From the NCBI GenBank assembly GCA_002104905.1, contig MCFE01000288.1, positions 39,008 to 103,007 of the forward strand: a stretch of 64,000 bases of DNA, written 5' to 3'. Position 1 is the stretch's first letter; every line of letters begins with the position of its first letter. The stretch comes from Basidiobolus meristosporus CBS 931.73. Taxonomy: Eukaryota > Fungi > Basidiobolomycota. Of the stretch, positions 1-10,715 are shown one piece after another. Made by a program: the position numbers and the translations under genes. The notes under the pieces were generated by a model. The model made no database searches, was not told where the DNA came from, and saw only the letters and a list, made by a program, of their open reading frames with translations.

Positions 1-960
1 AGGGCTCACACCAAAGTCATGGAAACAGAGCAATACAGCCAAAATACATATTGAGTGGTAAATTTTAATGGAGCTACTTGTTCAGTGTTGGGTTGTGCTT
101 AATGTTAGTGAAGGATGCAGAGACTTATGTAGGTTGCTTCAATTGGCAATTGAGGTACAACTGAAGTTTTGATGGAAATAAATCAATTTGTGTGCCTGAG
201 AAGTAAGAGATATGGATGAGTCAGGAAGTAAGGAGTGTGAAAAAGAGCAATAGCCAACCAATGCACACACACCTAGGAGGTGATAGAGTGTCCAGGATCA
301 GAAAGTGAGAAAAATAGCAGAGAACTAATCAAATTCACATTTGTATTGTTGTGATGAAAAGTCTTGACAAAGATTTTTGTGAAATCTGGGGTGCAATTAT
401 TTTTTAACAGTCTTTACGCAGTGTCCTAATGAGATCAATACCTCTAAGTCACAGGACTTTATGTTTGTGACAGCCTTTTGTTTGCATTATCACAATAATT
501 TTCCATAGCGCAATGTAACAGCAGAGGAACTTTGTAAGCTTTTGAAGCACAACAACAGTGGCCAAAGATAAAGCCCCAAGAGAAATCTATCACATCATAG
601 AAGGGAAAGACTAGCTGTAAGAGTCTGGGGGATATTGGAAGTGATTGGGATGGTAAGTAAATTATGTGGCTTCCACTTAATGACATATTGAGTGTAAAAG
701 TGGTATTCATACTTTTACATGGTTTTACATAACAAACACATAGTGTAGGCTTAGAAAGACCCCAAGAGCATGTTTGCAAAGTTTGGGGCTGTTTGGACCA
801 CTATAAGAACGTTCTTGTTTAGGGTACCTGGTATTTTGGTGTGAATATTCCAAGTAAATGCTTGGAAGGAATTTGGTTACAATTCTCTAAGATTTGTAGG
901 TAATAATCAAAGTGCCCAAGTTATGTGAATATTTGATTGGAGTGACAAACTATTGGAACA
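1..960 (-). repeat. 3' LTR of a copia-2-related element (left boundary uncertain)
   Basis: Reverse complement from 960 (TGTTCCAATAG...) aligns by eye with the copia-2 LTR starting at 27719 (shared CACCAAAATACCAGGTAC, CAGCCCC, AAAAGTAT, CATTAAGTG, CACTTCCAATAT blocks over about 560-960). It follows a purine tract and an RNase H end. Confidence 0.7.
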
Positions 961-1132
961 CTCCTGCTTGACTAAATGCTCATACTGACTAGTCCTAATT
1001 TTGACCTACAATTTTCAGTTTTGTCTCTAGCCAAGGTTTGGTAAATATGTCTGCAATCATTTGACCTGTAGGACAGTAAGCTAAGATGACTGGGCCATTA
1101 TCTATGACTTTGTGAATTCAAAGATATGTAAA
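961..1132 (-). pseudogene. Copia RNase H C-terminus plus PPT (copia-2-like), cut by a DNA-transposon end at 1133
   Basis: Minus strand reads ...LAYCPTGQMIADIFTKP...RSKLGL, matching 27590-27707 (LAYCPTDEMIADISTEP...RSKLGL); then AAGCAGGAG followed by TG. Confidence 0.8.
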
Positions 1133-1480
1133 AGACTTGTTCCATTGTACTGTGCCAGGGTGTGCGGCGCAATCCACAGTCTCTAAGAACAATTGGGCGC
1201 AATATAATATCTACCAGTAGGCAGGATTGCTGTTGGACAATTTTGCACCATGCGGGACATTCTTGCACACGATGGCACAATCAGACATAATAAGGTTGGC
1301 ACGGATGATTGCACCAAATTGTAATGTTTGCATCACATGCGCAAGGGATACCGCTATTATGGTAGGTAAATCTGATAGTTGGATATGTTTCTTTAGTATA
1401 AACAGAAATAAATGCGTGTCACACTATAAGCTACACTGATACTCACCATTTTGGTTACTATCACTCCAATTGGATGGTAT

Positions 1481-1849
1481 TGTTGCAATTTAAGAAGTGA
1501 TTTGGATATAAGGAGCTTATTGAGCAATAGTGATAATATTTGAGCTGTTGTTTATTAATAAATAAGCTAAGTATTTATACATTTGTAGATGTAATGCAGC
1601 TGTAACACTAAGTAAGGAGGGCTTCTCAATATTCAGGAGCATTCTGTAACAGTTTCAGGGTTAGTACATAATTGTCAGTATTAGTGCTAATTTGATTCTG
1701 ACTATAGGGGAATAATCATAAGATCATAGATCTGAAGAAAGTAGCAAAGCTAGAGCTGTATGTTAGTCCCACAGTGGCAAAGACTAGTCCAGAATTGCTA
1801 AGTGAATTTTTAGCTGCTGAGTGATACAAAATAGTCCAATATGTCAACA
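1481..1849 (-). repeat. copia-1 3' LTR (369 bp)
   Basis: TGTTGCAATT...ATGTCAACA; homologous to 9214-10317 and 20715-21083. Confidence 0.93.
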
Positions 1850-4800
1850 CTCCCCTTCAACTAAATAATTTCCTAATCCTAATCCCTCCTTGAGATACTC
1901 AAACTGCAGCCTAGCTAGTGGTTTTGTCAATATATCTGCCACCACATTGTTAGTTGGGCAGTACACTAACTCTACTACATTATTTTCTACAGATTCCCTC
2001 ACAAAGTGATGCAGTATATCAATGTGCTTAGTTCTGGCATGATTAGTAGGATTTCTAGCTAATGAAACACAACTTTGATTATCCTTGTAAATGCATGTTG
2101 GCTCCTCTGAATCAAAACCCAAGTCTTTGTATAATTTGTGTAGCCATATAGCCTCCTTGGTTGCTTGACATGCAGCCATGTATTCTGCTAAAGTTGTAGA
2201 TAGGGCCACAGTTGGTTGTTTCTTACAATACCAAGTATCAGCTGCACCAGCTTAAAGAAATGCATAGCCTGTGGTAGAGCGTCTGTCAATCAGATCCCTG
2301 CCCCAATCTGAACTACTGTAACCATCAAATTTCTGCCTATTAGCTGCTCCAGAGTATTCCAGTACCATATTTATGGTACCTTGTAGATATCTGAAAATCT
2401 GCTTAACTGCTGCAATTTAATCTGATCCATAATTTGGCATGAATTAATTGACTATTCCAACCACCACTGCAATATCTGGACATGTAGACACCATCAAGTA
2501 CATTAGGCTGCCAACCATTGATTGATAGGGAAAGCTTTGGTCTGTATTTGAGCTGTTTTCATCTATACCTGGCTGAGATTTGCCAAATTTTAGATTATTA
2601 TATATAGGGGTAGCTGCAGGTTTGCAATTTTCCATTTTGAAGCATCTAATAATGTCCCTGATATCCCTAAACTGATTCAGCACAATTTTTGTGTAGGTAT
2701 AGCAAACTTGACTTCAATTCCAAGATCTTTCATCTGAAACTTGCTGAAGAGATCTGGTTTTGCCTGTTTAAGTGCCTCTTGGTCACTTGTAGCTATAATT
2801 AGGTTGTTGACATAAAGAACTAGGATGATCACACCCTTTTTGAGCTGTTTCACATACCTACTGTGATCTGCTGTGCTACAAGAGAACCCAGTTTCCTCTA
2901 GATATGTGTCAATCTTGCTATACCATGCTCTAGGTGCCTGCTTAAGCCCATACAACAATTTTCTAAATTTGCACACCTTATGGGGGTCTTTTGGATCAGT
3001 GAAACCTTCTGGTTGCTCCATATATATATTTTCTTGCAAATACTCATTCAGAAAGGCTGTTTTAACGTTCATTTGGTGTAGATCTAGACTGTGTACCGCT
3101 GCCAAGGCTAGAACTGTCCTAATGGAGTTAAACTTGGCATCCAGAGCAAATGTTCCCTTAAACTGTAATCCCTGGATCTGGGAATAGCCTATGGTCACCA
3201 ATCTAGCCTTGTACTTATCAACAGCACCATTTGAGGTTGTCTTAATCTTGAAGACCCATCTACATCCTATTGGCTTTCTCCCATTTGGTAAATCTACCAG
3301 TTCCCATGTTTTTGCCTTGATCAGTGATTGGTACTCCTCCTGCACAGCTTGTTGACACATGGTAGCATCTGGACTTTGCATTGACTGTTCCAGATTCTGA
3401 GGTTTGGCACATAAGGCAAGATAGACTTCTTCATGATCATTGGATGTCTGCCACCAGGATCCAGGGGCATTTCTTTTTGTGGTAGATCTCCTAACTGGGA
3501 AAGTCTGTTCTGATCTGGAACTGTCAGAGGTATCTTCCGTATCTGGCTGAATTTGGTACGTATCTTCTTCATTAGTGTTGATTGCATCATCAGGTAGCTG
3601 GCCAATGATTTCTGTTGCTTTCTGATCAGAATTCTCCTCAAGTACAATGTTGCTGCTCTACATCAGCTTCTGAATTTTGCCATCATACACTCTATACCCT
3701 TCAGTATCTTCACAATACCCAAGAAAGATCCCTTTCCTACTCTCTAGTTCCAATTTTGAGCATTTTTTGTCAGGGATGTGATAAAAAGCATCACTGCTGA
3801 AGATCTTAAAGTGCTGGAGCTCTGGTTTTTTGCCTGTATATGCTTCAAAGGGTGTAGAGTCACGTAGTGCTGTTGTTGGGCATCTTTTCTTGATGTGTAC
3901 CCCAGTAGCAACAGATTCAGCCCAAAACCTGTAGTCCATTCCCTTATAATGTAGCATAGATCTTCCCATCTGTACTATTGTTCTATTTGCACGTACTGCT
4001 ACTCCACTGTGCTGTGGAGTATGAGGAACTGTGGTCTGTTGAAGTATACCAGTAGACAAGCAGTGTTTTGCAAACTCCTTTGAACAGTATTCTCCTCCAT
4101 TTGTCACTTTGAGGTACCCTCAATTTACACCCATTTGTGTTTGTGCCATGTTCTTGAAGTGCTTTAGCGTCTCTAAAGCTTCATCCTTTGTTTTGAGGAA
4201 GTACACCCATGAACATCTTATTTTGTCATCAATAAACAACCTCAAGTATCTCTTGGCTTCAAAGGACAGTGTTCTCATAGGGCCACATATTTCTGAGTGT
4301 ACAATAGCCAACATTTTGGTGGTATTGATGCCTCTGAGCTCTTGAAACACTGCCTAGCTTGCTTGCTATATGAACATCCCTTACAAACACTCAATTTGAT
4401 CAGAGTTGAGTATTTTAGGCCCAAAACAAGCTAATTTTTCACCAGTTGGCTCATTATCTCTTACCAATGTGTCCTAGCCTCCTATGCCACATCTCCCAGT
4501 TGGTTTCATTAGTTTCAGCAATGTTGACATACTCAGGTACAATGATCTTGCATTGTAACTTGTATATGTTGTGATCTCTGATTCCCAAAGCTAAAATTTG
4601 TCCATATTTACTCAATATTAAGCAGCTCATCTTAGTAAAAGCAAATTTCAGTCCCCAAGCAGTTGCTTTGCCAACTGAGAGCAGGTTCTTAGCTATTCCA
4701 GGTACATAGAGTACATCAGTGAGTCTTGCTGTTGTTGCCCCTGAGCTATTGCTCATATTTAGCTGTATAGACCCACTGGCGGTAGCTTCCAGAGCAGAGT

Positions 4801-5190
4801 TATCTCCCAGATAAACCTTTCTTGCAGGAATAGTCTTTAAGTTGCTGAGCCACCCCTTTATACCACAAATATGTTGTGAGGCTCCAGAGTCAATATACTG
4901 CTCATTACTTTGGTTACTTGCACTATCTTGGATGATTACAAATAACTGTTCATCAGTAGTTATATAGTATGCCTGGTCTGGTTTCTGTTTTTTGTCTGCT
5001 TGTTTCTTCTTGCATTCTCTTGCCCAGTGTCCTAGCTCTTCACAGTAGTAGCAGCAACCAGGTTTTATTTGGTTTTGCTGCTTCCCCTTCTTTACTGAGT
5101 GTCCTTTCTGAACTGAATAAGACATTATCTTCAAGTTTCTCTGCTTTATCATTATGTCTGAGTGCTTCATGGAGAAGTCTTTCATTTGAC
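1844..5190 (-). pseudogene. copia-1 zinc knuckle/protease/GAG-pre-integrase/integrase/RT/RNase H, broken by stops and frameshifts
   Basis: CYYCEELGHWAREC knuckle, YIDSGASQH protease, WHRRLGH, IVHSEICGP integrase, KPIGCRWVFKIK / YGLKQAPRAW / LYVNNL RT, RTKHIDILHHFVRE / ADILTKPL RNase H. Confidence 0.95.
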
Positions 5191-5376
5191 ATAAGACTTG
5201 TTCCGTTGGATAGTGCCACATAGTGCCAGCCGGTTTATGGTGCTGGATTGATCTGGCACTCTACGGCACTATCTTGCACTATAATTTCTACCATGATGCC
5301 AGTGGTATGATACAGTAACTGGTAATTTTACTCAATCTTACTTATGTTGCTCAGAATAGTGCTTTCCTTGCTTTAT

Positions 5377-6261
5377 TTACTCTTCATAATGCTCCAGACA
5401 CATTTCTCTCAGTGGATGTCTTCTTGTATGAACATACTGTGCATTAATAAGTATCTTAACTATTTTACCTATTCTGCTGTTTTCTCCTATATATGACTTT
5501 CCTCTGTATTTACCTGCCAATATGCTGAATCTCTTCAGATATCCAAATGTGTGCTCTACCCTTACTCTGAAATGATTAAATATCTCATTGTAGAGCTTCT
5601 GCTTTCTGCTAAGCACACCATTACTTGGCTTCCTATAAGCTGTAATACATCCTGATCTCTGACAATCCTCTCCTATATAGGCTAAGTTTCCCATACATTT
5701 CTCCCCTCTACTGAATTCTGGATGATTCTCTACCCAGAGTGCTTTGTCATGCCTACTTCCAGCAAATGGCCCACTAAACCAGATGATGTTACCATTGATG
5801 TCAAACAGTGCTTGAAACTTCACACAGTGTGCCTTGTACTTGCCAGAATAAAAGTGCCTCTGCCCTCTAGAAGGTCTGTTAATCCTCACTGGGAAGGTAT
5901 CCAAAATACTCCTGATGTGGAACCTGTTGCTGAGCACTCTGGGATATGGAAGTCTATTGGGGCTTCTGAACCTAGTATTCCAAGCTTGCTCTAAGTCATT
6001 CATACCCTCTGCAAGGTGGTTCTCCATTGCTGTCAGCTGGGAACAAAAGCTTCTGGGACTTTTTTTGCCATGGATGGTGGGATGAAACCTTGTAGGGCAA
6101 TAGTTCTTGTAATAGCAGAGAAGCTTGACAAGGGATCTCCTTGAGTAGATTGGGGTTGATGGTCCACAGTACTTGGAATAGATCTCCTCTAGTGTGTCAA
6201 AAGGAAATCCAGTGGTAGTGATGGGATTGATGAGAAAAGACCATTCAGATGAGTAAGTCAT
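5377..6261 (-). CDS. DDE transposase (IS5/PIF-Harbinger, DDE_Tnp_4-like), 294 aa; second catalytic Asp mutated (MGNLAY)
   Basis: ILDTFPV...FYSGKYKAHCVKFQ...GPFAGSRHD...LAY.G...YN...RVRVEHTFGYLKRF motif pattern. Confidence 0.88.
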   Translation of the reverse strand: MTYSSEWSFLINPITTTGFPFDTLEEIYSKYCGPSTPIYSRRSLVKLLCYYKNYCPTRFHPTIHGKKSPRSFCSQLTAMENHLAEGMNDLEQAWNTRFRSPNRLPYPRVLSNRFHIRSILDTFPVRINRPSRGQRHFYSGKYKAHCVKFQALFDINGNIIWFSGPFAGSRHDKALWVENHPEFSRGEKCMGNLAYIGEDCQRSGCITAYRKPSNGVLSRKQKLYNEIFNHFRVRVEHTFGYLKRFSILAGKYRGKSYIGENSRIGKIVKILINAQYVHTRRHPLREMCLEHYEE

Positions 6262-6523
6262 ATTAAAATTGATGGATGATTGTATGGAGGCGGTTTGAAT
6301 TGATTTGGCGCGATCTGCGTTATTTATCTGATTTTTAATATATTATGGTTAAATCTCCATCAATTGCCATGCATCCCATCATTATGTCGCAAAAATCATC
6401 CGCAAACAATGCCTTGGTACTTTTATTGATGCTTTAATCATAGGTCTATAATCAAATAGGAAATCTGCAATTGATGTGATCTGATCCGTGTCAACGCAAT
6501 CCAAGATGCATAATGCATAATAT

Positions 6524-7868
6524 ATGGAAAATTCAACAATCACATTAGTTTTCATATATATTTCATATAAGACCAGTTTGATGCCAATATACTGCTGTAT
6601 AAGTATCCAAATCTGTTGCTATGGTCCCCATACCAAGCCTCAACTCATCTTTAGTACAACCCAGACAAAACCCATCCCCCAGCTCACAAGCGCGGTCCGG
6701 ACCAAAAAAGTAGAAGTTGGATCCGTTTGAGTTCTTGCCAAATGATTTTAGTATGGCCCAAGTGTCTATGATGAGCCTTCATATAGATATTTAAGCACTA
6801 CTGATTAATCGAGCAGAACTAGATACCTCAGAGTGTTGACAAAGATGGAAGAGTTTGAGTAGAAAGCTGTGGCATAAGTTCTACATCAAGATGCCAGCCA
6901 ATGTATGTAAAAAGACATATAACAAGACAAGTATTGAAATCAAGAATGAGCTGAGAGTGAGGGGATTTGACAAAGAAGCCGTGCGGGAACAATTTTGCGC
7001 GCAATTTGCAGAGTACAGGCCGGACGCGTCCGTTTGTGCCTCAACTTTGAGAACCAAAGAGATTTTGAAAGAGTTTTTGCCTCAAATGACTAATGTTCTA
7101 CATGATATATTAGTTGAGCTAAGTGGCCTCCAAGAGCAATATACACAGGACTCATCCAGGCAACACCTCCAAAGTATCAGACAGAGGGTAAGTGAATACA
7201 TTGATGAATCAGATGGTGAGCTTCAGGAGGAAGAATACAGACCGCAAGTAACATTGTCCAGATTGGGCCAGCACGCCTTGCTGGATTCCCTACCATCTCT
7301 TGCAACCACAGCGCGCTGGTGCACATCAGTCCAGACCACGCCAACACCCTTTACTAGAATGCCCTGCATCAAGTCAATGCGCATTGAGTCAACGCGCACG
7401 CTTCAGAGCAAAACTACAAGAACTTGCCAAGCTGCTCATTTAGATACAAGTTCATTGGAGCGGACCAAGTTGCGTCAACATGCAGCACCACATCAAACTC
7501 AGCCAAGGGCCATCTCAACGCATCAAGGCGCACCTGCGTGTGCTGTTTTGCCTGACCATCAGCAAGTTACTTCTGGTGAACTGACTGATGATGACCAACA
7601 TGAAGTGCCTCAACCACCGGAGCCCTTAGCAAATAAAAGAACATGCCAGCGCGTGGCACTACAGGCCGGTCCAGTTGGTTCAGTGGGAGCAATTCAGCAT
7701 GGCCAAGCTGCAGCATTGCACTCATCAATTAGGAGGCAAAATACTGACTACAAATACACAAGTAGCCAAGATGATAGTCAGCCAGGAAGTAGTATAGGTG
7801 TGCAAAGTGAGTCACTACCAAATGCTTCAGTAGTAATCCCTGTGAGAAAAAAACCCAGGAGAAGATGA
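6524..7868 (+). pseudogene. Transposon ORF2 (Myb/SANT-like accessory protein candidate); N-terminus broken by stops, 6855-7868 still open
   Basis: Homologous to the intact 442-aa ORF at 31541-32869; divergent from the transposase. Confidence 0.75.
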
Positions 7869-8631
7869 TGCAATTGCTTTGAATTGCTCACATTTGTAAT
7901 GATCCCAACAACCCTTTTTTTTTGCAATCCAAATCAAGCCATTGCAAATCAGTGATCATCAAATTTTTGATATAAATAATATCAAGGTTGTCTCACATTT
8001 GAGACAGAACTCCTATAAATAAACACCCTGCATATATATACGTCATCTGTAATACCAGTGCAGCTATTGGATCTGTTTTGCACCTACATGATTGCTTGCG
8101 TGCTAGCTATGACACATTGTCCAATCACTAGGATCAGGGATTTACTTGCTCAATGGGCAAAATGGGATATTTGATGGCAAATCAGGTAGCTTTTTCAGTA
8201 GTCAATGAGCCAATTGGGGGCTGCCAGCTTCAGGATACTTTTAGACCAATTAACCACTGAGATACCATCCAATTGGAGTGAGGGTAACCAAAATGGTAAG
8301 TATCAGTGTATTTTTTATAGTGTGATACACATTTATTTCCATTTGCATTATTTCCATTTACATTAAAGAAACATATCCAAATACCAAATTTTACCTGCCA
8401 TAATAGCGGTATCCAATTGCGCACATGATGCAAACATTACAAGTTGGCGCAATCATCCGTGCCAACCTCTTTGTGACAGATTGTGCCATAGTGTGCGAGA
8501 TTGTCCTGCATAGTGCAAAATCTTCCAAGAATGATCCTGCCTTATGATAGCTATAATATTGCGCCCAATTGTTCTTTACAACCGTGGATTGCGCCACGCA
8601 CCCTGGCATGGTACAATGGAACAAGTCTATA

Positions 8632-9177
8632 GTCTGAAGTCAAATTGTCTTCTCTGCTTTCAAAATAAAGTATGAGTGGCTCATACGCATCTGGTAGGCA
8701 GCAAAGCACACAGAGTAGCTTTTCTTCTTCATCTACACCAGCATTAATACTGTAAAGCTCTTCTGCAAGTGTCTCCATTCTGGTAATGAGTTGTAGCATG
8801 TCATCATCTGGCTTCTTCCTCATGTTGAAGAACTTTTGTTTTAAATAAAGCTTGCTTGATACTGACTTTGCTCTAAAGATCTTCTCTAAAGATTCCCATG
8901 CAGCTTTGGCAGTACTTGAGGTATGGATTTGTCCAATGAAGGAATCTTGCACATTGATACATGTGACATTAAAGGCGTTTCTCTCCTTCTCTTGAAACTT
9001 CTCCACTTCTTCTGCGGTTCCTTTGGGCTCAACTTCTTTTCCTGTTACTATATTCCAAAGCTCCCTTTCCTTAAGATGGATATCCCTCTTGATTCTCCAA
9101 AGTCTGTAGTCCTTTCCCCCAAACCTCTCCTTTACAGGGAAGATGTTTGTGTTGTTCTGTTTGCTGGTAAAATTCAC
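8632..9177 (-). pseudogene. copia-1 gag N-terminal part (DUF4219/UBN2-type)
   Basis: YRLWRIK...LWNIVTG...TAKAAWESLEKIF...KLYLKQKFFNMR...LLCVLCCLPDAYEPL. Confidence 0.9.
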
Positions 9178-9200
9178 CTTTAGAATAAATCAAAGCAATT

Positions 9201-9213
9201 GGGGCTCATAACC
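9201..9213 (-). promoter_or_regulatory. copia-1 primer-binding site GGTTATGAGCCCC
   Basis: Directly follows the 5' LTR; the same motif is at 20702-20714 and 28749-28760; resembles the copia/Ty5 internal tRNAiMet-half PBS. Confidence 0.8.
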
Positions 9214-10317
9214 AGTTTCAACTTAAGAAGTCATTTGCATATAAGGAACTTATCAAGATATAGTGATAATAGTTGAGCTGTTGTTTATTAATAAAGAAGC
9301 TCAATTTAATACCTTTGTAAGAGTAATACAGCTGTTACACTAAGTATGGAGGGCTTTGCAATATTCAGGAGCATTCTGTAGCAGTTTCACAGTTAGTACA
9401 TAATAAACTTGTTCTGTTGGATAGTGCCACATTGAGCCATGAATGCCAAATGATGTCATAGTGTGCCAGAGTGACCAAGTGAGCCTATACTTGGCCACAG
9501 AGTGTGAAACATAGATCTGCATCTTCATGCAAAGAATCCCCTGTGTTTCACCAATGATGCAGGAGAAAATCCATTTTTTGATGTTTTTTTGTGGATTAAT
9601 ATTGTGCAGGATGTGCAAGAGCACTAAAGGATTAAAGATATACATCTGGTACTCAATACCCATGGCACTCTGAATCTTGCTCTTGTGGGTTGTAACATGT
9701 CACAAAAATGCATTGCACTATCTTGGTCCACTGGTGCTATCTGGCACTATAAGTGTTTTTATTGTTCTTACTTTAGGGCTAATATTTAAATATAGTGCCA
9801 GATAGTGCCAGTGGACCAAGATGGTGCCATGCATTTTTGTGACATGTTACAAGCCACAGGAGCTAGATTCAGAGTGCCATGGGTATTCAGTACCAGATGC
9901 ATATCTCCCATCCTCTAGTGCTCTTGCACATCCTGTACAACATTGACCTAAAAAAAAGGTCTAAAAATGGATTTTCTCCATCACAATGAGTGAGACATAG
10001 GGGCTGCTTTGCATGAAGATGCAGATCTGTGTTTCACACTCTGTGGCCAAGTGTAGGCTCACTTGGCCTCCCTGGCACACTATGGCATCATTTGGCACTC
10101 ATGGCTCAATGTGGCACTATCCAACAGAACAAGTCTAATCTTTAGTAACAGTGCAAATTTGATCCTGACTATAGGGGAATAATAATTAAGATTATAGATC
10201 TGAACAAAGTGGCAAAGTTAGGGCTGTATATTAGTTGTAGAGTGACCAAGACTAGTCCAAAATTGCTGAGTAAATTTTTAGCTGCAGAATGATACCAAAT
10301 AGTCCAATATTTCAACA
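9214..10317 (-). repeat. copia-1 5' LTR, split by a foldback MITE at 9405-10136
   Basis: The two halves align to LTR 1481-1849. Confidence 0.9.
9405..10136. mobile_element. Foldback MITE (732 bp) of the DNA-transposon family
   Basis: Ends AAACTTGTTCTGTTGGATAGTGCCAC...GTGGCACTATCCAACAGAACAAGTCT, TSD AAT, ~345-bp inverted arms around a short AT-rich spacer. Confidence 0.9.
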
Positions 10318-10715
10318 GGTATCTCAGCAATTAATTGGTCCAAAAGTTTCCTGTAGCTGTTGGCCCCCAATTGGCTCTTTAACCAATACACAAGCTACCT
10401 GATTTGCCATCAAATATCCCATCTTGCCCATTGAGCAAGTAAATCCCTGATCCTAGTGATTGGACAAGGTGTTGAAGCTATCATGCAAACAATTGAGCAG
10501 GTGCTTAACAAATCAAATGGCTGTACTGGTGTAACAGATGATGTATATATGCAGGGTGCTTATTTAGAGGGGTTCTGTCACAAATGTGAGACAACGTCAA
10601 TATTGCTTATATCAAAACTTTAGTGATCACTGATTTGCTGTGGCTCAAGTTGGATTGCAACAAAGAATGAGTTGTTTGGATCATGGCAAATAAGAGCAAT
10701 TCAATGCAATCAAAT

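Larger units (their letters stand above)
5194..8628 (-). mobile_element. Harbinger/PHIS-like DNA transposon copy 2 (3435 bp, both ends intact) inserted in copia-1 gag
   Basis: TIRs AGACTTGTTCC...GGAACAAGTCT, 3-bp TSD ATA at 5191-5193 and 8629-8631. The empty site GAC-ATA-GTC is seen in the second copia-1 copy at 20132-20140. Confidence 0.95.
1481..10317 (-). mobile_element. Ty1/copia LTR retrotransposon (copia-1), full length, degenerate, with two nested insertions
   Basis: LTRs 1481-1849 and 9214-10317 (TG...CA), 5-bp TSD GGTAT at 1476-1480 and 10318-10322, PPT GAAGGGGAG at 1850-1858, PBS at 9201-9213, gag-PR-IN-RT-RH order. Confidence 0.95.

Noticed and set aside
459-779. 106-aa ORF as a possible host gene
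   Set aside because: Lies within a copia LTR and has no recognisable motif.
8391-8624. 77-aa Cys-containing ORF at the transposon left end (also 61118 and 1098)
   Set aside because: Begins at a TTG inside the TIR, overlaps the subterminal repeats, and is not preserved in all copies.
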